64,000 nucleotides of DNA, taken from the NCBI GenBank assembly GCA_018262795.1, contig JADFDM010000011.1, positions 44,143 to 108,142 on the forward strand. Reading direction: 5' to 3'. Position 1 is the first letter of the stretch. Every line of letters starts with the position of its first letter. The stretch is from Sphingobacteriales bacterium (GTDB lineage Bacteria > Bacteroidota > Bacteroidia > Chitinophagales > LD1). Under the pieces are notes generated by a model. The model was not told the DNA's origin. It did no database searches and saw nothing but the letters and a program-made list of their open reading frames with translations. Made by a program: the position numbers and the translations under genes. Positions 18,261 to 28,426 of this stretch are shown here, piece by piece.

Positions 18261-20888
18261 TCATTCTCCCACTACCAGTTTGCAGTAACGGGGGCTGTTT
18301 CCCGCACGGAAACTAACTAAGTAAAATCCCCCAGGCAGATCGGCAATATCTACGGAGGTTCGCTGAGCGAGGCCATCGCAACTAACCGTTTTGAGCAAAC
18401 GCCCATTGATATCGGTAAAGGTGATGGAAGCCTTGTTGGCATCGGAGGTATTCCATTCCACCATTAAGTGGTCGTGTGCGGGGTTGGGGTAAATGCGAAA
18501 ACCGCCATCGGCTAAAGGAATTTCGGGTACATCCGTAGGGCTGTGAAAACTGTCGAAACTGATATTATCTATGTAAGCCACTGAATTGCCATGAGGAATA
18601 AATTCGATAGCTGTAGTGATAGCCAACTGAGCACTATCGGGAATATCAGCGGTAGAGTAGTTGATATCCGCACTGATGCCCGTGTAGTTGGGGACTGCGG
18701 TATCTATACTTACGGTGGCAGAACCTATCGCCTGTCCTTGTTTAAACAGCATCAGTCTTAACTGAAATGTATCATTATTGACGGGGAGAAACTTGAGATA
18801 AAAATGAATAGATTGATGCCTCCCCGCTACCGGAAAGGCAGGTATATCCTGCAACTCCATGGAGTTTCCAACGAACATAAACCCTGCTTTTTGCAGCGCA
18901 ACATTATTTTGAAGGCGCACAGCCGAAAGGCCGGTTACCCGATCGCTTACCTGCGCTACATTCATATTCAAAATGGGACCGTCAAAAGCGGAGATGAACC
19001 ACCCCTCCGGATAACTGAAAGAGTTAAACTCCCAATTTTCGAAATCACTATTGGGAAGTGTATCGGCAGGAGCCGCACCCGGAAGTTGAAGATCATCTAT
19101 TATTAAAGTACTGGCCGGGTTGCCATCATTCCCCATGCCGTTGGAACTTAATGCTAAAAAGATGAGTGTGTCGGGGGTATAAACAGCAGAATAATGAAGC
19201 GGATAGCTCAGACGTACGAAATTGCCGTTGCTATTGCCGGTAATCGGTAATATCATCAAATCCTTTACTTGCTCGTTTAGTTTAAAAACTAATCCAAAGA
19301 AACCGGTATCCCCGGGAACGATGTCATATTTCGCGAAGCAAACAAAACTATCGGGTTGTGAATGAAAGGGAATTCCTCCACCGGTAACAAATTCATCGCC
19401 TACCGTCCCTAAGTGAATAACTCCTGAATGGGAAGAAATATTCCCCGATAACTGTACTGCATTCGTCCCATTGTAAGAAGGCACTTTTTCAGTGTGCCCC
19501 AAAGCCTCCCATCCGTGAGGCACATCATTGGTTAAGGTGTCCCAAATTTCAAAATCGCAGTTAGTCACCTCGCAATCGGCTGTATAAAATTGTTTTATCT
19601 CTCCGGCACTATAGCCACCTTCGTTAGAAGCTACCAACCGATAGTAATAAAAGGTATTGGGCACAAGTCCCGAAAGTGTATCGCTCACGGTAAATACCCC
19701 ATTACCCGAAACTGTATCAGGGGTAGCCGCTACGGTATTCTCAAGCTGTGTAGTAATACCATATTGAAATTCTGCGGTAGCTGTTGCGTCAAAAACTTCA
19801 ACGGTGCCATTCAACCTTGTGCTGGTAGTGGTGGTTATATCTGCCGGCAAAGTGGTGGCTACAGGAGCAGCAGGCAAGGAGTCGGCATAGGTAATTTCCA
19901 TTCCGTCCTTTCCCACTATTACTCCAAAACCGGTATTAAAAAAGCTAACGGCATTCAGATACATGGAGTCATTGAGCAAATGAGCGGGAACGTTAGCCAG
20001 CGCCCAGGTATCACCGGCATCTGTGCTTTTAAGCACTGTGCCGCCATTGCCTACCGCATAGCCAATTGAGGCATCTGCAAAGTCTATCCCGTTTAACATC
20101 GGGCCGACATTGTCCGCTATTATATTCCAGTTGCTGCCGCCATCGGTGGTTTTTAATATGGTTTGAATGGAATCATTGCTCAAGTGACCTCCGACAATCA
20201 ATCCAGTGTCTGTATTCATAAAATAGAGCGAGCGATAATCCCGTGAGGAGAGATTGCCCGGGAGGGGGATAGGATTCCAGAGGCTGCCCCCATCTGTGGT
20301 TTTTAGCACGATTCCATGATCACCCACAGCATACCCGTGGTTAGCATCTGTAAAGAAAACAGCGCGCAGCCAGTAGCCTAAGTTGTCTGATTGAATGCTC
20401 CAGTTATTGCCTCCGTCTATAGTCTTCAAATAGTTTGAATAGAATCCGCAGCAGGCCATCCACCCACTATATAGCCAACGCTATCATTTACAAAAAAGAC
20501 CCCATTGAAATGCCTGCTATAAGTATTGCCGGGTGGAGTTATTGGGGTCCAACTATTAGCACCATCAATAGTTTTAATAATTGTACCGTCATACCCCCAC
20601 GGCCATCCCCTTTAATGTATCGGTAAAATAGACAGAGCGAATCCATGCTTTTACTACATCGAGATTTATATTCCAGTTGGCTCCTCGGTCGGTAGTCATA
20701 AACACTGAGCGGATAGAGTCGTTGATTTCGCGGCCTCCTCCAATAGCTGCATGGTATTTATCTATCACCTGTACCGAATTAGCATCACGACCGTAAGGAA
20801 CATACCCGGAGGTCCATTGAGCCTGTGTGGATACCGAAAAAAATATAGCCAGCACTAAGAAGCAGTAAAGGGATATTTGTTTTCTCAT
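18261..20888 (-). pseudogene. BNR/Ycf48-like beta-propeller repeat protein with T9SS C-terminal domain, interrupted by two frameshifts
   Basis: There are three collinear frames. The first (20888-20589) is MRKQISLYCFLVLAIFFSVSTQAQ...GMAVGV*. The middle frame encodes YDGTIIKTIDGANSWTPI...DSIQTI*. The third is the 732-aa ORF to 18261, ending in a T9SS CTD (RIYPNPAHDHLMVEW...GFYLVSF). The shifts sit at a C5 run (20594-20598) and an A3/T3 run (20428-20430). Confidence 0.7.
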
Positions 20889-21087
20889 AGGAATATTTTT
20901 GAGATGGATGAGTGCTAATGTAATACAAGTGAGGCTAAAGCTGATGAGTTTCATGCCTCATCGTTTTCAACAATGCCCCCACAAGGACACAGGAATAAAC
21001 AAGAGGGAACAGAGACTTATAATGGCCATTTTACATAATGGCGCCATTGAAATGTGGTTCAGATTTTTAAGTGAAAAAAAATGATCG

Positions 21088-21846
21088 TTAAAGAATAAAT
21101 GGAATCACAGCCTTTCGCTCTTTCGGATAATCGGGAAACTGTGTGCGATACCATTTATGGTGATCTAAAGTGCGGGGAATTAAATTCACAACCGACCAGA
21201 TAACAAAACTCCATCCCGGAAGTGCCCCAAATAAAATGGCATATCCCGTCCACTCTATTAACTCGCCAAAGTGATTGGGGCACGAGATAAATCGAAACAA
21301 AAACCCCTGTGGAATTTTGTAGCCTATTTCGCCCGGCTTTCGCAAAGCTATCAGCATGTTGTCGCTCTTTACATTGACAAAAACTCCGGCAGCAAATAGC
21401 AGCACTCCTATAAAGAACAGCGGAGATGTAAAAAAGCTATCCGGATAATTGCCCCCGATATTGCCGAGGTAATAACCCAATATAAAGGTGTTGCAGAAGT
21501 TGAAAAAGACCGCTGAACCGCAAATAAATAGGGGGATTTTTTTGCCCCGTGTGTGTGTGCGAAAAGGAAAAATGTAAGAGCGATAGATATAGTGCGCCAT
21601 ATACAAACCATACAGAAAATAACTCGCATAGGTTTTTTCTAAGCTCCCTGTCCAAAACCAAAAACTGATAAAGAGAGGAGCTACGCCTTCCTGTATCATC
21701 CAGCCTATTTGGTTCGAAACCAAAGGACCCCAGCCTTCGGTGAGGTGCCGACCATAAGGAGCTGTTTTTTTAAGTAATAAAGGAAATGTAGTTAGACCGA
21801 TGGCAATCCAGAAATAGAGGAGGTAGTAATATATCTGAGGAGTCAT
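21088..21846 (-). CDS. steroid 5-alpha-reductase (3-oxo-5-alpha-steroid 4-dehydrogenase) family membrane protein
   Basis: 252 aa, polytopic, with the C-terminal motif FISCPNHFGELIEWTGYAI. Confidence 0.7.
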   Translation of the reverse strand: MTPQIYYYLLYFWIAIGLTTFPLLLKKTAPYGRHLTEGWGPLVSNQIGWMIQEGVAPLFISFWFWTGSLEKTYASYFLYGLYMAHYIYRSYIFPFRTHTRGKKIPLFICGSAVFFNFCNTFILGYYLGNIGGNYPDSFFTSPLFFIGVLLFAAGVFVNVKSDNMLIALRKPGEIGYKIPQGFLFRFISCPNHFGELIEWTGYAILFGALPGWSFVIWSVVNLIPRTLDHHKWYRTQFPDYPKERKAVIPFIL

Positions 21847-22020
21847 GAGGGGGTATATCTTTATGATACCGGTAGAGAAAATATTTTGATTACTAGGTAT
21901 CCAATTGATTAATGGTATTGTTTGTTCACTATCATTTAGTGCAAACTTAAAAGTTGCAGATCATCTCTTGTTTCTTTTCTCATGTATCTTACTTCTTGTG
22001 TCTTGCCTTTTGTTTCTATT

Positions 22021-22761
22021 TTATATCGTCAGCCCACCATCTACATTGATCACCGTTCCCGAAATAAAATCAGCTTCACGACCCGCCAGAAAAGCATAAG
22101 CATTGGCCACATCTTCGGGAGTTCCTAATCGCTTCAGCGGAACCTTGTCTTTCATCATTTCAATTACCTTTTCGGGAATTGTCTTAATCATATCTGTAGC
22201 TATAAAACCGGGGGCTACCGCATTTACGGTGATATGATGTTTGCCCAATTCGCGCGATAGCGTTTTGGTGAGCGCAATCACTCCGCCTTTAGCAGCAGCA
22301 TAGTTGGCCTGCCCATAATTGCCGGAGATGCCTACAATAGAGGAGGTATTGATAATGCGACCATAGTGTTGCTGAATCATGTGCGGAGAAACGGCTTTGC
22401 AACAATTAAATACCCCGGTCAGGTTCACATTAATTACTTGCTGCCATTGGTCTTCCGTCATTTTTTGCAACGAAGCATCGCGGGTAATTCCTGCGTTATT
22501 TATCAGTACATCAATTTTATTGAATTGTTGGATAACTATTTCGGTGGCGCGCATCACCTCTTCCATCTTGGCAGTGTTCACTTTCACAAAGCGGGCAACA
22601 AAGCCCTCCTTCTGCATTAGCATTTCTAACTCCTTTCCCGGCACTTCACTCACATCCCATATTGCTACGGCTGCTCCTTCACGAGCAAATTTTTCTACAG
22701 CCGCTCTGCCAATTCCCGAAGCGCCACCGGTAATCACTACTACTTTATTTTCGAAACGCAT
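22021..22761 (-). CDS. fabG: SDR family 3-oxoacyl-[ACP] reductase-like oxidoreductase
   Basis: 246 aa with TGGASGIGRA, NNAG and the catalytic YAAAKGGVIALTK. Confidence 0.75.
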   Translation of the reverse strand: MRFENKVVVITGGASGIGRAAVEKFAREGAAVAIWDVSEVPGKELEMLMQKEGFVARFVKVNTAKMEEVMRATEIVIQQFNKIDVLINNAGITRDASLQKMTEDQWQQVINVNLTGVFNCCKAVSPHMIQQHYGRIINTSSIVGISGNYGQANYAAAKGGVIALTKTLSRELGKHHITVNAVAPGFIATDMIKTIPEKVIEMMKDKVPLKRLGTPEDVANAYAFLAGREADFISGTVINVDGGLTI

Positions 22762-22905
22762 AGTTTTTATTTTGCGAAAAATACTGATGAATAACTAAAT
22801 CTCTTGTTTGAAGGGAAGCACAATAGGGCGATGAGTTGGAGTGACAAAAGCATAACGAGATGTTTGAAAATCAAGCAGCTCTTCATGTAAATAAGACAGA
22901 GTAGA

Positions 22906-23616
22906 TTACTTCATGTTGTGAAACACCTGCTGCACATCTTCATCTTCTTCTAACCGCTCAATCAGTTTAATCACCTCCTCCGCCTCTTCATCGCTCAATC
23001 CTTCTTTATAGAAATCAGGTATTTTCTCGTACCCGGATTCAGTCACTTCAATGCCTTTTGCTTCGAGCGCTTTTGACAAGTTTCCGAAATCATTAAACTC
23101 CGCATAAGCAGTTACTAATCCTTCTTCTTCCTGTAAGTCAGAAAGGCCACCGTCTATTAATTCTAATTCCAGTTCTTCCAAATTCATATCTCCCAAATTG
23201 AATTTGAAAGTGGCGAGTTTCTTAAACATATATTCCACTGAGCCGCTGGTACCCATTGCGCCATTGCATTTATTGAAATGATTGCGGATGTTGGCAACCG
23301 TTCGAGTAGGGTTGTCAGTAGCGGTATCTACCACCACCGCTACACCATGCGCTCCGTAGCCTTCATAAGTTACCTCTTCGTAATCGGCTGTATCTTTTGA
23401 GGTAGCTCTTTTAATGGCAGCTTCCACACGATCTTTGGGCATGTTGGCCGCTTTAGCATTTTGTATGCAAGCGCGCAAGCGGGCATTTGTGTCAGGGTCG
23501 CCACCTCCGGCCTTTACAGCAATGGCAATATCTTTTCCAATACGGGTAAAAGCCTTTGCCATAGCTCCCCATCTTTTCATCTTTCTTTCTTTTCGATATT
23601 CAAACGCGCGACCCAT
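22906..23616 (-). CDS. YebC/PmpR family DNA-binding transcriptional regulator
   Basis: The ATG at 23616 gives MGRAFEYRKERKMKRWGAMAKAFTRIGKDIAIAVK..., 236 aa. The longer track start at 23703 overlaps the divergent gene. Confidence 0.88.
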   Translation of the reverse strand: MGRAFEYRKERKMKRWGAMAKAFTRIGKDIAIAVKAGGGDPDTNARLRACIQNAKAANMPKDRVEAAIKRATSKDTADYEEVTYEGYGAHGVAVVVDTATDNPTRTVANIRNHFNKCNGAMGTSGSVEYMFKKLATFKFNLGDMNLEELELELIDGGLSDLQEEEGLVTAYAEFNDFGNLSKALEAKGIEVTESGYEKIPDFYKEGLSDEEAEEVIKLIERLEEDEDVQQVFHNMK

Positions 23617-23689
23617 GAGTTCAGGTTTTAGAGTAATTATAAATACGGTGTTGGTAGCGAAAATAAAATTTGCTTGGTAAATTCGGTGG

Positions 23690-24211
23690 ATGGTAAAGTT
23701 CAAAACAACGATCCAAAAATTTGGCAGTAAGGGGGAGAAAACTGGTTGGACCTATATTCCGATAGAAGAAAAATTAGCACAACAGTTAAGTCCCGGCAAT
23801 AAAAAATCATTTCGGGTAAAGGGGAAGTTGGACAATCACCTCATTTCACAAGCAGCTCTGATACCGATGGGCGATGGTGACTTTATTCTCCCGCTGAACG
23901 CGCAAATGCGCAAAGCTATCGCAAAGCAGAAAGGAGAGGAGTTGATGATTTACTTAGAAGCAGATGAAACCCCTTTTCAGTTTTCAAAAGATATGATGGC
24001 TTGTTTAGAAGATGTGCCGAAAGCATTGGCCGGGTTTAATAAACTATCCGGCTCGGAACAGAAGTATTTCAGCAATTGGATTGAAAGTGCCAAAACTGCG
24101 CCTACTAAAGTGAAGCGGATAGCACAAATGGTAGCCGCTATGCTGAAAGGCTATCGCTATGGAGAAATGATTCGCGCGTTGAAAGGCAAGGACAACCTCC
24201 CGTTGCGTTAA
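23690..24211 (+). CDS. DUF1905 / YdeI-like domain protein
   Basis: 173 aa. The N-terminus TGWTYIPI...FRVKGKLD fits DUF1905. The C-terminal YFSNWIESAKTAPTKVKRI is YdeI-like. Confidence 0.65.
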   Translation: MVKFKTTIQKFGSKGEKTGWTYIPIEEKLAQQLSPGNKKSFRVKGKLDNHLISQAALIPMGDGDFILPLNAQMRKAIAKQKGEELMIYLEADETPFQFSKDMMACLEDVPKALAGFNKLSGSEQKYFSNWIESAKTAPTKVKRIAQMVAAMLKGYRYGEMIRALKGKDNLPLR

Positions 24212-24290
24212 TAAAAGGTGCAGAAAGCGTCAGCTGAAAAGTTACACCTAAGTAGAATAGCATTAGTGATGATGCAATATTACTTCTCAC

Positions 24291-24653
24291 TCATTCTTTT
24301 TTGAGTAATACTTTTTGCAACACCACGGCTTGATTTAGCAATTCGTCTTTAGCGCCATACAACAGTGTAATGTGCTTTTCTTGTGCCATGTGCCTGATTC
24401 GTTTTAGTTCGGCTGACTGTTGCTTCAATTCCTTTTCGTAGCGCTGTTCAAACTCATTAAAACGCTCCGGTTGGTGGCCATACCATTTTCTAAGAGCAGC
24501 CGAAGGGGCTATATCTTTGTCCCATTCATCTATGTGCAACTCTTCTTTTTTGATACCTCTCGGCCATAGCCTATCCACGAGTATTCGATACCCATCGTTG
24601 GCAGAGGGAGCCTCATAAGCTCTTTTAATGGTGATGTTCAGCTTGGTTTTCAT
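24291..24653 (-). CDS. DUF488 family protein
   Basis: 120 aa with IKRAYEAPSANDGYRILVDRLWPRGIKKEE...LRKWYGH. Confidence 0.75.
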   Translation of the reverse strand: MKTKLNITIKRAYEAPSANDGYRILVDRLWPRGIKKEELHIDEWDKDIAPSAALRKWYGHQPERFNEFEQRYEKELKQQSAELKRIRHMAQEKHITLLYGAKDELLNQAVVLQKVLLKKE

Positions 24654-25377
24654 GGAACTCCTTTTCTAATTTGATTGCCTTTGGAAATAAAATGTTATTC
24701 TCTAAATGAATATGGAGGTGCAAATCCTGTTCAAATTCGTTGAGCAAGGCAAATGTGACCTTATAGGTATTACAGCCATCTTCTGGAGGAGTATAGTGAT
24801 GACTTAACTCATCAATCCGTCTAAACCTCTCCCCTTCGATTTCGTGATCCTGCGTCATCATGTTGATCCGATTTTCTACGGTTCCGGTGGGAGGAGTGGT
24901 AAAGGATCCCCCCTCATTTTTCACTTTTACCATTTTACGGATAACCGGAAACAACATCAGCTCTTCTTTTTTCATGTGCGCGGCCAATTCTTGAGCGCAT
25001 GCTTTAAATAGGTTTTCAATTTCAGCTAACTCAGGATGCCACCCTCCGTGAACCTGCACAATCTTTTCAAGGTAAGGGGTAATTTCCTTCGTCTTCATTT
25101 CCACATATCGGTGGTGTTTCTTTTCGATATAATCAGCCAGTAAATCTAAGGGCCACGATTGAAAATCGGTGGCTTTTGCTTCATTCGATGTAAGAATGCT
25201 CTCTAACTCGTTCACAACCGATTCGGGGTTTACCTTTTTCATTTCACAAGCCTCCTTGATACTCCGATCTCCTTGACAACAGAAATCTATATTGTATTTT
25301 TTAAACACTGATGCCGTGCGATAGTCCCTTGCTACCAATTCTCCAATGATTTGATTTTCTTGAACGCTCATAGTCAA
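24625..25377 (-). CDS. ric: iron-sulfur cluster repair di-iron protein (RIC/ScdA/YtfE family)
   Basis: 250 aa with an ScdA_N motif (ASVFKKYNIDFCCQG) followed by hemerythrin-like His/Glu helices. There is a 29-nt overlap with the DUF488 gene. Confidence 0.85.
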   Translation of the reverse strand: MTMSVQENQIIGELVARDYRTASVFKKYNIDFCCQGDRSIKEACEMKKVNPESVVNELESILTSNEAKATDFQSWPLDLLADYIEKKHHRYVEMKTKEITPYLEKIVQVHGGWHPELAEIENLFKACAQELAAHMKKEELMLFPVIRKMVKVKNEGGSFTTPPTGTVENRINMMTQDHEIEGERFRRIDELSHHYTPPEDGCNTYKVTFALLNEFEQDLHLHIHLENNILFPKAIKLEKEFHENQAEHHH

Positions 25378-25464
25378 TTAGTTTTAGTTCATAGAGAAAT
25401 GCCCCCTTTTGATTGGTTTACTATTTTAAAACACATCCGAGCAGTGGTGTTCTATAGGCAATAA

Positions 25465-25860
25465 TCATAACAAGGGAGAGGAAGAATTGTTTCGGGAATG
25501 CTGAATCTTGGAGTGAAACATCTCTGCCATTCGCCCGCCTTGCCATTTAGCGCGTTCTGCATTTTTGCCGATGTAAAGTTCATCTACGGTTTCATAGAAC
25601 AGTTTCAGCCATTGGTTAAAATGCTCCACTTCTATCGGCAATTTTGCATGGGGCAAAAACGGGCTGCCAAAATAGGTCTGCTCTTCCAATAAAACAGTTT
25701 GCCAGAAGCGATACATTTTTTCAAGATGTTGCGGCCAGCGATCTTGAATCACCCGATTAAAAATGTCTTTCAATATCGGGTCGCGCTGCACCTTTCCGTA
25801 AAAACTGTCCACCAATACTCGGATATCGTCCAAGCGCTCAATGTCTTTATGTGAATTCAT
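25465..25860 (-). CDS. group III truncated hemoglobin
   Basis: 131 aa with VDSFYGKVQRDPILKDIF...HLEKMYRFWQTVLL...SPFLPHAKLP. Confidence 0.8.
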   Translation of the reverse strand: MNSHKDIERLDDIRVLVDSFYGKVQRDPILKDIFNRVIQDRWPQHLEKMYRFWQTVLLEEQTYFGSPFLPHAKLPIEVEHFNQWLKLFYETVDELYIGKNAERAKWQGGRMAEMFHSKIQHSRNNSSSPLL

Positions 25861-25943
25861 AAGAGTGGCAAAAATGAGAAACTATTGGGAAGTGAGTATG
25901 TGATTCTTCCTTTGAGTTGGATTATTCGCAAACACTGTATGGC

Positions 25944-25978
25944 CAAAGAAAAAGCGGTTAGCTTCCTGCTAACCGCTT
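25944..25978 (-). terminator. rho-independent terminator of the 741-aa T9SS gene
   Basis: The minus strand reads AGCGGTTAGCaggaaGCTAACCGCT followed by TTTTCTTT. It lies about 25 nt after the stop at 26004. Confidence 0.75.
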
Positions 25979-26003
25979 CAAAATAAATCTCCGCTATAAA
26001 CTG

Positions 26004-28229
26004 TTATTTCATCACCGTCACCTTTTTCTTATACGTTGAAATGCCCTCGCGACTTTGTGCGATAACTTCCACTACATAAAGGCCATTGCTGATGTGACCC
26101 AACGGAATATTCAAATTTTGAAAACCGGATAATAGTTGAATCGGCTCATTCTGCCACACTTTCCTGCCGTTCAAATCTTGTACGTTTACTCGAATTTTTG
26201 CCGCTTGCTTCAGAGAGAACTCAAGATTAAAATTCCCCGTGTTTGGATTTGGATAAAGACGGAGTGCCAGAATATCATTCTCCCGATTGATCATGCCGGT
26301 GGAAAGAGTGTCGTAAGGCACATATACCGAGCCGTAGGCATTCACCGGCTTACACGTGAAGGTCAGCGCATCAATATTCATGGCGGCTCCCACCGGTGGC
26401 ATTACTTCAAAGTAAGAACCATTCAAAAAAGAACCGTACAAAGCAGCCGGATCCAGTCCTCCGGTATAATCTTTAGCCGCGAAAGGATCCATTGCTGAAA
26501 CACTGAATACTAAGCCCAGACCGTACCGTTGCTGCGATGAATCGTACAGCCACGCAAATTCAAATGCATCTATATCGGCATCATCACTTAATCCAAGGTG
26601 TATCAAGGGCACGATTACCGGGACAAGAGAATCGGGTTGAATGTATTGGTAAATAAAACCTCCCCGCAATGTATCGCCATGATGGAGGTAATGCGCTTCA
26701 TGATCTACCGAAAAATACTGATAGCCGCAAGAAGCATTAGCGGATAGCATATCCAAGGCATCCACATCATCATTTGAATCAGGCGGAAAATAACTCAATG
26801 GGTCAGGAGCCAATAAAGGGCTAACTGCTTCTTCGTCTAAATAGGGAGAAGCACTTCCGAGATAAAAAGAGGTGCCGGGATAATTAGAAAGCGTAGCAGC
26901 CATCACCTCATCTCGTCCAAACGGAGTGCCTCGTAGATACACGGAGTCGGAGGGGGCGAAGGAAGAAGGAACGTTACAGTTCGCAGCACTGCTTAAATCA
27001 ATGCCGCGATCCTCATCGGCTGAGAACAACATGTATTGCGGAGAGAAAATACAATCGGAATGGTAGGCCGCTATGGAGGGCTTCCCTAAACCGTAATTCG
27101 CCAGGTTGGAATAGAGGTCATAATCAATGCGGTCGGCTCCATCTAAATCGAAATTCAGTACCTGTTGCCAAGCCTGCATCGGTCCGGGGAAACAAGTGCC
27201 AGCCGGATTTCCGGGAGAAGGGTTCGGATCCATATTAAAAAGCAAGGAATCATCGAAATACGGAGCAGGGGATGTTCCACCTTTGACGTATAAATCTCCG
27301 GGATCCAAGTTTTCATCCCCTTCGGGCATCGGGTCACTGAATTCTTTATCGGAACCGATATCTACAGAATATAACAGGAGGTCGGCATCGCAGGAATCGT
27401 AAAGCGAAACCACACTGCCCGAAGTGCTGACCTCAATCACCACAAAGCCATAAAAATCGGCTGAGGCATCATCTTCTTTCGGGTCGTTCGGAAATTTAGC
27501 GGGAGGTTCAATGTGCGCTAGCGTTTTAGCCGCCACTTTTATCTCCAGCGAATCACCTGCTACCATATTCACGGTCTGTACAGAATCACCCGTGCGCTTT
27601 TGCGCAAATTTTGCACTTCCGCTAAGATTCATACTATTCCCAAATCCGGCTTGGTTAAACAAGTTAACGCTGGCATTCTGAATTTCCGCATAATCCTCAT
27701 TTCCCGCTTCGGGTTCATTGGCAATGGAAGAATAATGCTTCCAATAGTAAGACACTTGCACCGGAGTTCCATCGGGTACACCGGTAATTCGCAACAGTAT
27801 AGTGGAGTTAACTAACGAAGTATCGGTTGCAAACCAAGTTGGGCAATCAGGGTCGTAGCAGTCGTACTGTGTATTGCTGTGGCACCACCACTGCACCTTT
27901 ACGGTGGCACTTCCGTTACCATCCACCAACATATTGCCCGTGCCCTGCGATGAAATTTTACAGTTGGGCAAGCCTCTCGAAATAAAAGTATAGGCTCCTC
28001 CCCATAACCAACTTTGTGCAGGTATGCTGTGGAGTTGTGTACCATTGTCTAATACATTTTCGGGCGGAAGGCAGTTCCCGACCGGGCTTCTTACAATAGA
28101 ATTAGAATAACTACCCACATTGCTGTTTAACAAATCGGCATCCAGCCGAACTTGAGCAGTGGTATAATTGGAGATAGTGAACAATACAATAAAAACAATT
28201 ACTGCTGCTCGATAATACGGCTGTAACAT
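26004..28229 (-). CDS. large secreted protein of unknown function with T9SS C-terminal sorting domain
   Basis: 741 aa with a signal peptide. The C-terminal LRLYPNPNTGNFNLEF...GLYVVEV indicates a T9SS CTD. The body was not recognised. Confidence 0.75.
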   Translation of the reverse strand: MLQPYYRAAVIVFIVLFTISNYTTAQVRLDADLLNSNVGSYSNSIVRSPVGNCLPPENVLDNGTQLHSIPAQSWLWGGAYTFISRGLPNCKISSQGTGNMLVDGNGSATVKVQWWCHSNTQYDCYDPDCPTWFATDTSLVNSTILLRITGVPDGTPVQVSYYWKHYSSIANEPEAGNEDYAEIQNASVNLFNQAGFGNSMNLSGSAKFAQKRTGDSVQTVNMVAGDSLEIKVAAKTLAHIEPPAKFPNDPKEDDASADFYGFVVIEVSTSGSVVSLYDSCDADLLLYSVDIGSDKEFSDPMPEGDENLDPGDLYVKGGTSPAPYFDDSLLFNMDPNPSPGNPAGTCFPGPMQAWQQVLNFDLDGADRIDYDLYSNLANYGLGKPSIAAYHSDCIFSPQYMLFSADEDRGIDLSSAANCNVPSSFAPSDSVYLRGTPFGRDEVMAATLSNYPGTSFYLGSASPYLDEEAVSPLLAPDPLSYFPPDSNDDVDALDMLSANASCGYQYFSVDHEAHYLHHGDTLRGGFIYQYIQPDSLVPVIVPLIHLGLSDDADIDAFEFAWLYDSSQQRYGLGLVFSVSAMDPFAAKDYTGGLDPAALYGSFLNGSYFEVMPPVGAAMNIDALTFTCKPVNAYGSVYVPYDTLSTGMINRENDILALRLYPNPNTGNFNLEFSLKQAAKIRVNVQDLNGRKVWQNEPIQLLSGFQNLNIPLGHISNGLYVVEVIAQSREGISTYKKKVTVMK

Positions 28230-28426
28230 GGTTTTTGGTTTTAGTGTGCCTCCAAACTACTTATAAAGAGTAAGTCTGACGAATGTTATTTAAAATAATA
28301 TATACTGCCATCAGAATAAGTTAATTGACCAGCTATCAGATAGCAAAAACATGAGGAATATCAGAGAAAGCGAACTTAATAATCAGCCAATTCTAAAAAT
28401 AGCATAGCATCTTTGCCCTTGATAAT

